Assembly: GCA_045650025.1 (NCBI GenBank)
Contig: JAZRQR010000157.1
Coordinates: 12,682-76,681, forward strand
Direction: 5' to 3'
Length of the DNA: 64,000 nt
Source: Eubacteriales bacterium
Lineage (GTDB): Bacteria > Bacillota > Clostridia > Oscillospirales > CAG-272
Part shown: positions 1 to 8,674 of the stretch, in pieces
How the letters are laid out: every line of letters begins with the position of its first letter
How positions within the stretch are numbered: position 1 is the stretch's first letter
Notes under the pieces: generated by a model
Databases searched by the model: none
What the model was told of the DNA's origin: nothing
Seen by the model: only the letters and a program-made list of their open reading frames with translations
Translations under genes and position numbers: made by a program

Positions 1-3000
1 CCCATACCGCACTGAATGTGATCGAGGGAGTGTCTGCATAGGAAATATACATTTCTGCGCCGGGTGCGTAGGTGACGCCATCGGTCGAAGCCTTCCAACC
101 GATCAGCACGTATCCTTCTCTTGCCGCAATATCCTGCACCGTAGGAAGTGTGAGCTGATAGGTTGCCTCCTCGGCGGTCTGAATAAAGATTATGGGATTT
201 TGGTTCAAGCCTTCGCAGTTGTCATAGCGAACCTGTGCACCACGTACATCCTTTGTGTTGTGCGCACCGCAAGCGGTACAGGTGTAATCGATGAAATAGC
301 TGCCTTCCACAGTACCGATACCGGGAACACCCTCATCCCAAGTACAATCACCGTTTTCACGCTCACCGCAAGCGCACTCGCGGTAGTGCTTGCCGGAAAC
401 GGTTGCATCGGGCTTCCATTCATCAAAGCTATGTTCCTCGGTCTCTGCCATGTCCTCGGTATAGAAGTATCCGCAATCGGAGCAAGTAAAGGTCTTAACG
501 CCCTTAGAGGTGTGGGTGGGCTCGGTTGTAACTGTGCCGTTATTAAAATTGTGGGGTGCTTTATCTTCCTTGTCGCATACACAGTAACGAACATGCGTGT
601 TTGCTTCATCAACCTTGTTCACGATCCATTCACCCCACTGATGCTCGGTCATGGAAAGATCTTCGGTCTTTGTGTGTGTGCAGGTTTGGCAGGTGTAGGT
701 CTTAACACCCTTTTCGGAGCAGGAGGGCTTGGTGGTTACAACGCCGTCGTTCCAATCGTGAGGCAGAGTTTCCACTGCATTGCAGTGGTCATTCATGCAC
801 TCGCGCTTATGGGTTTCATCACCATCAGGCGCCCAGTCTGTCCAGGTGTGCTCCGTCATCGGGAGTTCCTCGGTCATTGTTTGACCGCAACCCTCGCAGA
901 TATAAGTCATAACACCGGTGGAATAGCAGGTAGGAGATACGGTTTCAACACAGTTATCCCCGTAGTGTCCTTCTTCCGTGTAGTAGTTGCAGACAGAGCA
1001 GGTCATTCTGTGAGTATTTTCATCGTAAAAACCCCATTCGCCGAAGTCGTGGCCGAGGCAGTCGACGTCCTCTTCATAGGTTGCGCCGCAATCGTCGCAG
1101 GTGTAAACCATCTTCGCACCCTCTGTGCAGGTGGGAGTACCGATCTGTTCGCCGTCATCCCAGTTGTGAGGTGCGGTTTCTTTTTCTACGGGGCAATTTT
1201 CAGCTCCGCAGGTACGGGAGTGCGTTTCGGAAACCTCATCGTTTTTCCATTCACTCCACTCATGCTCGTGAGCAAAACGCTCTTCGGTGTGAGTGGGATC
1301 GTTTTTACAAATACGAATTTCCTTTGTTGCATCGTTATCATTGGGAGTCCACTCGCCCCAATCGTGACCTGTTGCGGGGATCTCCTCGGTATAAGAATGT
1401 GTACATTCGTCTGCGATACAGGTATAAGTCTTAACGCCGGGGGTCAGACATGTCGGCTCGGTGGTGACTTCGCCGTCATCGTAAATGTGCTCCGTGCTGT
1501 ATTCGTAACGGTAGCAGGCGTACGTTGTACATCTTCTCATGTGTCTTCTGGTTTCGTTTGTGGTGTTTTCGAGGTACCAGGAAGTCCACTTATGCTCCTC
1601 GTATTCAACAGGTCCTTCACACTCGGTGCAATATACAACGTGGTAAATGCCGTCATCTGTATCTTCCCAATAAACTCTGTAAGATCCCGAGAGAGTTTTA
1701 CGGGTATGATACTCGTGATAATCGCTCTCGCAATCCGTACAAGTGACCCAGTGACCGAGCTGATAATCATCTTCATCGGGGGTACAACCCTTGCTCTCGT
1801 CCTTGTTATGAGATGCTAAATCGAACACGCTACATCCCTCAACGGTACAAACGCGCTTATGAGTATTATCATTTACCTTTGTCCAAGAGCTCCAAACGTG
1901 CTCGTGAACAGGCTGACCTGCATCGGAGCAGTAGAGGTAAATGGGATACTGTGTACCTTCGATCTCCTCCCAGAAGCTGTCGGAGGTCATAATAAAGTTC
2001 TTTTCCTCACCGTTGATAAGGAAGCGAAGAGCATGCTCAAGCTGACCGTCGGCATTGAGGTTGTAAAAGGCTTCTGTGTAAAGGATAACGGCGTCATCGG
2101 GATAGTCCTCGCCATAGATAGGCTCATAGAAGTAGCTGTTAAGCTCCTTACCGTCCTTACCAAACAGGACGCCCCACCATTTTGAGTCGCCCTGATCATA
2201 GGGCTGCTGATAAAAGTGATTGTCAATCGTCACCACGGAACGAATCCAGAAGTTAGGAATACGGAAGCAAAAATCGTTCTCATAGTCCTTAACGGTGGCA
2301 CCGTCGTCATAGTATTGATCGTAAAGCTCCTCGTCGGAGATCTTGCGCTCCATGATCCACTCAAGTGCGTCCAAACCGAGCACCGAGATGGAGCCGTCAG
2401 CGGCGGGTGTAACGGGGATCGCGCTTAATACGTGTATACCGGGAATGTATCCGTCGGTATATTCCCTTTCCAGATAGAACAGGTATTCCCAGATCTCGTC
2501 ATTGTCCAGCACACCGTCGAGCTCTCCGTCGTAGCAGCCATCATAATCCATCGCGTCGGGTATACCGTCACCGTTGGCGTCAATTTCAAGAACGTCAGCA
2601 ACGCCGTTGCCGTTTTCGTCTATCTGCAGAATATCGGGGTTACCATCCTCGTCGATATCTGCCATACTGGTGCCGATCTCTTTTTTCAGAACATAGTAAT
2701 CTTTACCGCCGTTTCCGTTGTCGATCTCAGCCACCGCAATGAACGAGGCGTTGGGGTCGAGCGTACGGAACTGATCATAAGAAGTCACTTTCGTGTAAAC
2801 GGGCGTGGATCGACCGCAGTTGATACAGCCTTCAGGGCCGTAGGTGTGATCAAGCGCCGGCAGAACCGGGATATGTCCGATCTCTTTGCTGAACTTGCTG
2901 TCTGCAAAATATCCGTTGCAAAGGCGGCAGTACCAGTATTCCTCGCAGCCCTTATCCATACAGGTGGGAGCGACTGCCTCGCTGTGAATGTTCTGCTCAT

Positions 3001-3742
3001 GACCGCAGGGAGCTGCATAAAGATACGCGGTCACATCAACGCTTATATCGTAATTATCGGGGTCGGCAGCTTTCGCCTCATTGTACTCGGCAGATTTGTC
3101 GCGCAGAGCAAATCTATAATCGACACCGTCAAACTTCAGATCGAGTACGCCGTAAACCCATAAGTCCGAATCGCTGTACCAATCGATATAGCTTTCGTAC
3201 AAGTAACCGGTGCCATCCCCGTTTGCTTGCCACAGGGGGCGACTATAGCTATAAGTCTCATCGGGCGGATAGTAACGAATGCCGCCATCAAACCAAGTCT
3301 GGCCTTTGGACTCAAAGGGAACGCTAAGGGCAAACAGCATATCTCCGTCAAGATACATATATGATCCTGCGTTCTGCTGATATTGCATAACACCAACGTT
3401 CACGTTATCAGAAATACCGGAGAAGGTGTTGGTTTGTGCATCGTAGTACTCGGTAATATCAACGGCACGCACAGAATCAACCTCTTTAAATTCGGTGTAG
3501 CGCGGATTGGCGAGAGTGTAATAACGGTCGCCTCTCTTTACAACGTAAAGGAAGGTCATTCCATTCTGTTCATCCAAATAATCCTCGGTGTAAATACTGT
3601 ACACTTTTCCATCGGTACTTACCTCAATGGAGGATTCCTCATCGTAAAAATAATCCTCGGAATATGCCAATACCGACATCGGCATCATACCGATCAGCAA
3701 TGCCAGCATCAGGAGCAATGCCCAAATTCTTTTCGTTTTCAT
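1..3742 (-). CDS. Secreted Cys-rich repeat surface protein, 3' end cut by window edge (>1,247 aa); signal peptide, acidic DxDxDG calcium-binding-like run, >=6 His/Trp/Cys modules, Listeria-Bacteroides-type repeat
   Basis: It is absent from the supplied track because this frame has no stop inside the window. The reverse-strand ATG is at 3742..3740, 6-7 nt after AAGGAGA. My translation starts MKTKRIWALLLMLALLIGMMPMSVLAYSEDYF and stays open to nt 1 (frame spot-checked at nt 613, 1909 and 3181). The track lists no sub-ORF in this frame. The + strand ORFs 200..1819 and 2432..3163 are its low-complexity shadows. Motifs: DIDEDGNPDILQIDENGNGVADVLEIDANGDGIPDAMDYDG (nt ~2537-2659); repeated modules such as HNWDDGEQIGTPTCTEGAKMVYTCDDCGATYEEDVDCLGH (nt ~200-1900); GYVLIGWKASTDGVTYAPG (nt ~60-125). 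Confidence 0.8.
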   Translation of the reverse strand, partial: MKTKRIWALLLMLALLIGMMPMSVLAYSEDYFYDEESSIEVSTDGKVYSIYTEDYLDEQNGMTFLYVVKRGDRYYTLANPRYTEFKEVDSVRAVDITEYYDAQTNTFSGISDNVNVGVMQYQQNAGSYMYLDGDMLFALSVPFESKGQTWFDGGIRYYPPDETYSYSRPLWQANGDGTGYLYESYIDWYSDSDLWVYGVLDLKFDGVDYRFALRDKSAEYNEAKAADPDNYDISVDVTAYLYAAPCGHEQNIHSEAVAPTCMDKGCEEYWYCRLCNGYFADSKFSKEIGHIPVLPALDHTYGPEGCINCGRSTPVYTKVTSYDQFRTLDPNASFIAVAEIDNGNGGKDYYVLKKEIGTSMADIDEDGNPDILQIDENGNGVADVLEIDANGDGIPDAMDYDGCYDGELDGVLDNDEIWEYLFYLEREYTDGYIPGIHVLSAIPVTPAADGSISVLGLDALEWIMERKISDEELYDQYYDDGATVKDYENDFCFRIPNFWIRSVVTIDNHFYQQPYDQGDSKWWGVLFGKDGKELNSYFYEPIYGEDYPDDAVILYTEAFYNLNADGQLEHALRFLINGEEKNFIMTSDSFWEEIEGTQYPIYLYCSDAGQPVHEHVWSSWTKVNDNTHKRVCTVEGCSVFDLASHNKDESKGCTPDEDDYQLGHWVTCTDCESDYHEYHTRKTLSGSYRVYWEDTDDGIYHVVYCTECEGPVEYEEHKWTSWYLENTTNETRRHMRRCTTYACYRYEYSTEHIYDDGEVTTEPTCLTPGVKTYTCIADECTHSYTEEIPATGHDWGEWTPNDNDATKEIRICKNDPTHTEERFAHEHEWSEWKNDEVSETHSRTCGAENCPVEKETAPHNWDDGEQIGTPTCTEGAKMVYTCDDCGATYEEDVDCLGHDFGEWGFYDENTHRMTCSVCNYYTEEGHYGDNCVETVSPTCYSTGVMTYICEGCGQTMTEELPMTEHTWTDWAPDGDETHKRECMNDHCNAVETLPHDWNDGVVTTKPSCSEKGVKTYTCQTCTHTKTEDLSMTEHQWGEWIVNKVDEANTHVRYCVCDKEDKAPHNFNNGTVTTEPTHTSKGVKTFTCSDCGYFYTEDMAETEEHSFDEWKPDATVSGKHYRECACGERENGDCTWDEGVPGIGTVEGSYFIDYTCTACGAHNTKDVRGAQVRYDNCEGLNQNPIIFIQTAEEATYQLTLPTVQDIAAREGYVLIGWKASTDGVTYAPGAEMYISYADTPSITFSAVW

Positions 3743-3773
3743 AAAATTTCTCCTTTCTCTTATTGAGAATCAC

Positions 3774-4226
3774 TCAGGCTGTAACAGCCGACGTGTTCAA
3801 GGTGACGTTTTCGAGCACCTCAATAAATTTCGGTTTACCCTTTGCCAGCTCGGACTGAAAGTCGCGCATGCCGACTCTGACTTGTCCGGGTAGCCCATGC
3901 GCTACGCCCTTCTCGTCAAGCACCTCCACGTAAAAGTACCAGACTACCGTATCCAAATGCTTATGCTTTTCGGGGCAGAAAAATTTGATCATTCTGCCGG
4001 GACTGTTCATCTCAAACAAAAAATACGGTCGCCCACTGTTTTCGGGAACCTTGAAGATCGGAAATCCGTTTTCAAAGTACATCGAGAATTTCTCGTGGGG
4101 TTCATTGACGAACAGATAGTCGGTAACGAGCTGTTCTTCGTTCAAAAGGTATTCCAATCCGCTGGTCCTCGGAAACTCAAAATCACCGAACAAAATACGC
4201 TTGTCGGTCACATTCACCACCTCCAT
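3774..4226 (-). CDS. Hypothetical cytoplasmic protein (150 aa), first gene of the surface-protein transcription unit
   Basis: Track ORF. It lies on the same strand 32 nt upstream of the surface-protein start. I see no signal peptide or recognisable motif. Coding-like composition. Confidence 0.6.
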   Translation of the reverse strand: MEVVNVTDKRILFGDFEFPRTSGLEYLLNEEQLVTDYLFVNEPHEKFSMYFENGFPIFKVPENSGRPYFLFEMNSPGRMIKFFCPEKHKHLDTVVWYFYVEVLDEKGVAHGLPGQVRVGMRDFQSELAKGKPKFIEVLENVTLNTSAVTA

Positions 4227-4264
4227 TTTTTAAGTTGGAAACTTCCGGATCGTATCGTAGCTAC

Positions 4265-4348
4265 ATTTTACCATATTCATATATATATTCGGTACACCCC
4301 AAAGGGGTGAAAATGCAAAAAACAGGGGTGAAAAAAGGGTGAAAATGC
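4265..4348 (-). promoter_or_regulatory. Putative activator-dependent promoter: extended -10 (TGGTAAAAT) with poor -35, preceded by three direct GGGTGAAAA repeats
   Basis: On the reverse strand, TGGTAAAAT (plus 4265-4273) sits ~40 nt upstream of the 4226 start. At -35 the hexamer is ACCGAA. GGGTGAAAA copies are at plus 4305-4313, 4326-4334 and 4337-4345 (two extended to GGGTGAAAATGC), and CACCCCaaaGGGGTG is at 4295-4309. Confidence 0.45.
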
Positions 4349-4357
4349 TTTTTAAAG

Positions 4358-4387
4358 CAAAAAAAGACGGCAGATCACTCTGCCGTC
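4358..4387 (-). terminator. Rho-independent terminator of the LuxR-type gene
   Basis: The hairpin is GACGGCAG-atcact-CTGCCGTC (4366-4387). The A-run at 4358-4365 reads as a T-run on the minus strand. It lies 12 nt after the stop at 4399. Confidence 0.75.
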
Positions 4388-4398
4388 CCTAAAGACAA

Positions 4399-5370
4399 TT
4401 ATTTTATTAGTAATGCGTAGAGCTCTTCGCGTGAACTGACGCCAAGCTTGCCGTACAGCGTTCTCGTGTAGGTCTTGATGGTGTTTTCCGAGAGACAAAG
4501 CTCGTCGGCAATTTCTTTTCTCTTCTTGTTTTCGAGAACCATTTCAAGAATTTCGCGCTCTCTTGTTGCGAGCAATTCACCTTCTTTGAGGAAGGAAAGT
4601 ATCTTGAGTATTTTTTCTTCCATCGGCATCGTTGCAATATCGATGGGCGCGTGTTGCGGAGCTTCTTCGATAGGCGTAGGGATCAGATCCACTCTGACAT
4701 AGTCTTGCATCATCCAATAAAGTCCGAGCAAAACGATCTCGCTGAATATGTAGGATACGGAAAGAAACTCAAAGTCCCACGGGATAAACTTTTCTACAAA
4801 CCAAACTGCAATGTTGCCAAATACGATAGCGGCAATCAGAGATGCGTGTCTTTGCGATGCGATCATCTTCTTGCGAATGGACTGCACGATGCACGCGACC
4901 ATGGCGGCGAAGTAACCCACCAAGTAAACAAGGTACACCGGGTGCAACACGCCGTAGACCTTTTTGAGCTTGGCAGCTCCATCTACGAATACAAGCTCAA
5001 CCTCTTTGTAGTACCAGGGGAGGATACCGACCGTGGCAACGATCAAGAACATCACAATGCCGATTGTGCCAAGCGTAATAATAAGCTTTTTCTTGATCTC
5101 GAATCCGCAAAGCTTGGTGATGGTCAGAAGCATAGACATGGAAAGGAATACGCTTCCGAAGTATGCGATATCATTTGCAAAAATTGCAAACTCAACCGTT
5201 TTTGAAATGGAAAGAAGAAAATATCCCACGTTTACGATGGTAACGCAAATATACAAAAGGAGCAACCACGGCTCTTTTTTGCGGACAAGCGCAAAATATC
5301 CGACAAGCAATATCGATGCTAAAATCGCCATAATGGCATAGGTGATGATCAAAGCCGTACCTCCTTCCAT
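4399..5370 (-). CDS. Membrane-embedded LuxR-family transcriptional regulator (about 7 TM helices N-terminal plus a C-terminal LuxR/GerE HTH)
   Basis: Track ORF of 323 aa. The N-terminal ~230 aa is a series of hydrophobic helices. The C-terminus REREILEMVLENKKRKEIADELCLSENTIKTYTRTLYGKLGVSSREEL matches the classic LuxR/GerE HTH pattern. Confidence 0.85.
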   Translation of the reverse strand: MEGGTALIITYAIMAILASILLVGYFALVRKKEPWLLLLYICVTIVNVGYFLLSISKTVEFAIFANDIAYFGSVFLSMSMLLTITKLCGFEIKKKLIITLGTIGIVMFLIVATVGILPWYYKEVELVFVDGAAKLKKVYGVLHPVYLVYLVGYFAAMVACIVQSIRKKMIASQRHASLIAAIVFGNIAVWFVEKFIPWDFEFLSVSYIFSEIVLLGLYWMMQDYVRVDLIPTPIEEAPQHAPIDIATMPMEEKILKILSFLKEGELLATREREILEMVLENKKRKEIADELCLSENTIKTYTRTLYGKLGVSSREELYALLIK

Positions 5371-5686
5371 ACATAATCATGATTTCGCGCAAAACGCTCG
5401 TATTTACATTGTATCATAGTTTTATGAATAAATCAAGGAGGCACTGATGATTTTGAGAAAATAACTGAATTTTATCAAACATGTAAAATCGCCGCCTCGG
5501 TTGAGACGGCGATCTGTATTTGGGGAAGGCTATACGCCTCTGGGCGTGATGTAGGAATCCTCGTGCTCCACTCCAATTGTTTTGGAAATGTCCATGATTG
5601 CGTACAAGAATCGGGCAACGGGTGTCAATGATGTCAGTGTCGGATCTCCCTATCGGATGCGCATGGAAAAGAAAATTATACTCTAT

Positions 5687-5718
5687 TGATTTACTTTTTC
5701 AAAATGATGTGCTATAAT
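5687..5718 (+). promoter_or_regulatory. Sigma-A-type promoter with extended -10 (TGTGCTATAAT)
   Basis: TTTACT (5690-5695), N17, TATAAT (5713-5718), with TGTGC immediately upstream. It lies ~30 nt before the 5749 ATG. Confidence 0.6.
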
Positions 5719-5748
5719 GTGCAAAAGGACATTTTAAGGAGACGCAAC

Positions 5749-6777
5749 ATGAAATTCTGGAAATTCGCAGCAGGCATCGCTGCATCGGTTGCTATTGCGG
5801 CACTCGCTTGCTTTATCGAAAATCTGCTGCCCATTCATCTGATCGGTGGGGCGGTGATTGCCATGTTTTTAGGCATGATCGTCAACCGCTTCATAGGCAA
5901 AAACAGCTTTATTGCCCCCGGTGTGAAATTTACCTCTAAAAAGATTTTGAAGTTCGCCATTATTCTGCTCGGACTTTCGCTAAACATCAACACCATTCTC
6001 TACGTGGGCAAAATGTCGCTGGTGGTCATGGTGTTCACGCTTGCCACCTGCTTTGGCGGCGGTTACTTTATCGGCAAGGCGCTGGGGCTCAACTGGAAGA
6101 TCTCCAATCTGATCTCTGCAGGCACCGGCATTTGCGGCGGCTCAGCCATTGCTGCGATTGCGCCCACCATTGACGCCGAGGATCGCGATGTGGCTTACGC
6201 CATGTCCGCCACCTTCCTGTTCGACATGGCAATGATCGTGCTGTTCCCCATCATGGGCAGAGCGATCGGCATGAGCGACGAGGCGTTTGGCATTTGGGCG
6301 GGCACGGCGGTCAACGACACCTCCTCGGTTGTGGCAACCGGCTATGCCTTTTCAGAGGCGGCAGGTGACTTTGCTACCATGGTCAAGCTCACACGCACCC
6401 TTTCCATCATTCCCACCGTGCTTACCTTTGCCCTGATCCAGATGGGCATCAAGCGCAAAGAGGCTGCTCTGGCGGGTGCGGACGGCAAGGAGATCAAGAC
6501 CAATTTCCGCTTTACCAAGATCTTTCCCTGGTTCATTCTGGGCTTTTTGGCGCTTTCCATCGTGGCAAGCATCTTTTCCATTCCCGCTGAGCTGGTCAGC
6601 ACCACCAAATCGATCAGTAAATTCCTGATGGTGTGCGCACTTGCCGCCATTGGCTTGAACACCTCGTTTGGTGACATGAAAAAATCGGGTATTCGCCCCA
6701 TGATCCACGGATTTATCATCTCGGCGCTGGTCGTCATCGTGGCGCTTCTGGTAGAAATGGCACTGGGGTTGGTATAA
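5749..6777 (+). CDS. YeiH/UPF0324-family membrane protein (putative sulfate-exporter family)
   Basis: Track ORF 5686..6777. I prefer the internal ATG at 5749 (MKFWKFAAGIAASVAIAALA...) because the promoter at 5687-5718 lies inside the longer ORF. It is polytopic, with the glycine-rich helices typical of this family. Confidence 0.8.
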   Translation: MKFWKFAAGIAASVAIAALACFIENLLPIHLIGGAVIAMFLGMIVNRFIGKNSFIAPGVKFTSKKILKFAIILLGLSLNINTILYVGKMSLVVMVFTLATCFGGGYFIGKALGLNWKISNLISAGTGICGGSAIAAIAPTIDAEDRDVAYAMSATFLFDMAMIVLFPIMGRAIGMSDEAFGIWAGTAVNDTSSVVATGYAFSEAAGDFATMVKLTRTLSIIPTVLTFALIQMGIKRKEAALAGADGKEIKTNFRFTKIFPWFILGFLALSIVASIFSIPAELVSTTKSISKFLMVCALAAIGLNTSFGDMKKSGIRPMIHGFIISALVVIVALLVEMALGLV

Positions 6778-6813
6778 TACCCGACGCCGGGCAAACAAAT
6801 ACACGGAGGAGCT

Positions 6814-7701
6814 ATGACAAGCAATTCAAAACGAATGACGGGCTATATCTGCGCGATTTTGAGCGCGGTGATCTACGGCTGCATGCCGCTGATGGCAAAA
6901 TACATCTACGCCGAGGGCGTCACACCCATGACGCTGGTTTTGCTGCGCAATGCGCTGGCACTCCCCTCGCTGGCGTTGCTTGCCCTTCTGCAAAAAAAGC
7001 CGCTGGCACGTCCCGTGCGCCAAATTCTGCCGCTGGGAATCCCCGCGCTGTTTGGCTGCGTGCTCACGCCCGTGCTGCTCTTTTCCTCCTATACCTTTAT
7101 TGCATCCGGCACGGCAACCGTGTTCCATTTCGTCTACCCTTGCCTTGTGCTGCTGATCGGCTTTGTGTTCCTTGGCAAAAAGCCCGCGCTTGGCACGGTG
7201 ATCAGCGTACTGCTGTGCTTTGGCGGTGTGGCGCTGTTTTATGACCCCACACAAGCCCTCTCCCCGCAAGGAGCCGCCCTCGCGCTCGGCTCGGCGGTGG
7301 CGTTTGCCATTTACGTGGTGCTCCTGCCGCGTTTTCAGACCGAGCAATTCTCGGGCTTGGTGTTCTGCTTTTACGTCGCGCTTTGGAGCAGCGCTATCAT
7401 GCTGGTGCTGTGCGTGTGCACAGGACAGCTTTCCCTGCCCACCACCCTGCTTGGCTGGGGACTTTGCCTGCTCTTTGGCACGTCAGTCACCACGGGCGCA
7501 GTATTTTTGTTCCAGCAGGGCACGCTGCTCATTGGCGGCGAGCGCGCCTCGGTGCTCAGCGCCCTGGAGCCCATCACGGGCGTGCTGATCGGTATTCTCG
7601 TGTTCCATGAGCCAAGCAAGTCTGTCATCCTGATCGGCTCTGCCTTGGTCGTTGCCTCGGGCGTCTTGATCGCGGTGGGGGATCTCAAACGAGCCGAATA
7701 A
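6814..7701 (+). CDS. EamA/DMT-superfamily transporter
   Basis: Track ORF of 295 aa with ten hydrophobic segments arranged as two EamA-like halves. It sits 36 nt after the YeiH-like gene. Confidence 0.8.
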   Translation: MTSNSKRMTGYICAILSAVIYGCMPLMAKYIYAEGVTPMTLVLLRNALALPSLALLALLQKKPLARPVRQILPLGIPALFGCVLTPVLLFSSYTFIASGTATVFHFVYPCLVLLIGFVFLGKKPALGTVISVLLCFGGVALFYDPTQALSPQGAALALGSAVAFAIYVVLLPRFQTEQFSGLVFCFYVALWSSAIMLVLCVCTGQLSLPTTLLGWGLCLLFGTSVTTGAVFLFQQGTLLIGGERASVLSALEPITGVLIGILVFHEPSKSVILIGSALVVASGVLIAVGDLKRAE

Positions 7702-7821
7702 TTTGCACGTAATGCAAGTTGCGATGCGCGTTTTGACCACTTGTGCACCAATCAACCGTCGGTTGAGCGAATATTCTCCGTTTGGTTGTGTGAAAATGCC
7801 TCCTATTCAACGTTTGCAATA

Positions 7822-7850
7822 TTCACTTGGCAGCTGCGGTGTGCTATAAT
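7822..7850 (+). promoter_or_regulatory. Promoter with extended -10 (TGTGCTATAAT)
   Basis: TGTGCTATAAT is at 7840-7850, with a weak -35 (TTCACT, 7822-7827) at 17-nt spacing. The ATG at 7881 is preceded by AAGGAAAGGAG. Confidence 0.6.
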
Positions 7851-7880
7851 GGGGGCATCAAAGGAAAGGAGTTCACCAAT

Positions 7881-8381
7881 ATGAATACGACTTTGGGAAA
7901 AAGAATTGCAGCACTGCGCCGCGAAAAAGGACTCAAACAGGACGAGCTTGCAGAAAAGCTGGGCGTCAGCCCTCAAGCGGTCAGCAAATGGGAAAACGAC
8001 CAGACCTGCCCCGATATTTCAATACTTCCGCAGCTTGCAAAGATTCTCGGTGTCAGCGTGGATACACTGCTAACGGGTGACGAGCAGCAAGAGCCCGCGG
8101 TCAGAATGCTGCCCGAGGAGCAGAGAAAGGATATCAAGGATATGCTTTTGCGCATCGTGATCACCTCCACGGACGGTGACTCGGTACGCGTCAATATTCC
8201 TCTTGCCATTGTGGAGGTCGCGCTGGAGAACGGGCTGAACCCGTTGCAGGTTTCGGATAGCGACGCGCTCAAAAATATTGATCTCGGCAAAATTCTGAAC
8301 ATGGTCAAGCAGGGCGCGATCGGAAATCTGGTGGAGGTTGAATCTGCCGACGGAGCTACGGTACGCGTGTTTGTCGAATAA
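7881..8381 (+). CDS. XRE-family (Cro/C1 HTH) transcriptional regulator with uncharacterised C-terminal domain
   Basis: Track ORF 7827..8381. The start is moved to the ATG at 7881, which has a strong RBS. The N-terminus MNTTLGKRIAALRREKGLKQDELAEKLGVSPQAVSKWENDQTCPDISILPQLAKILGVSVDTLL is a canonical XRE HTH. Confidence 0.85.
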   Translation: MNTTLGKRIAALRREKGLKQDELAEKLGVSPQAVSKWENDQTCPDISILPQLAKILGVSVDTLLTGDEQQEPAVRMLPEEQRKDIKDMLLRIVITSTDGDSVRVNIPLAIVEVALENGLNPLQVSDSDALKNIDLGKILNMVKQGAIGNLVEVESADGATVRVFVE

Positions 8382-8384
8382 GAC

Positions 8385-8618
8385 ATGAGGATCAAGAGAA
8401 ACAACCGCTCTATCTTTGCCTTTCCCACGGGATTGATGCTCAATTGCGTCACGGCAGGCATTTTCCGCAGAAAGCTCAAAAAACAAGGCGTGCGGATGAC
8501 GAAAAAGCAAGCAAGGCGCTTGATAAGAGGTATCCGAAAATACAGACGGCACCACAAGGAATGGTGCTTAGTTGAGGTGATCCGAGAAAACGGAGATACG
8601 TTCGGCATAAAGATTTGA
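8385..8618 (+). CDS. Small basic hypothetical protein (77 aa), translationally adjacent to the XRE regulator
   Basis: Track ORF. It starts 3 nt after the XRE stop. It is Lys/Arg-rich and ends WCLVEVIRENGDTFGIKI, echoing the XRE protein C-terminus NLVEVESADGATVRVFVE. Confidence 0.5.
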   Translation: MRIKRNNRSIFAFPTGLMLNCVTAGIFRRKLKKQGVRMTKKQARRLIRGIRKYRRHHKEWCLVEVIRENGDTFGIKI

Positions 8619-8638
8619 GTACGTACTGCAAAACAGAA

Positions 8639-8674
8639 AGCAGAAGTCTTACACAGACTTCTGCTTTCGTTTTA
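8639..8674 (+). terminator. Rho-independent terminator
   Basis: AGCAGAAGTCT-tacac-AGACTTCTGCT (8639-8665), followed by TTCGTTTTA. Confidence 0.75.

Noticed and set aside
200-3766. Plus-strand ORFs 200..1819, 2432..3163 and 3383..3766
   Set aside because: They are antisense shadows of the minus-strand Cys-rich surface-protein gene (1..3742). Their composition is implausible, with no RBS and no motifs.
5540-5585. tRNA-like 3' end (GTAGGAATCCTCGTGCTCCACTCCA)
   Set aside because: There is no complementary acceptor 5' strand or cloverleaf within 100 nt upstream. The T-loop is not canonical.
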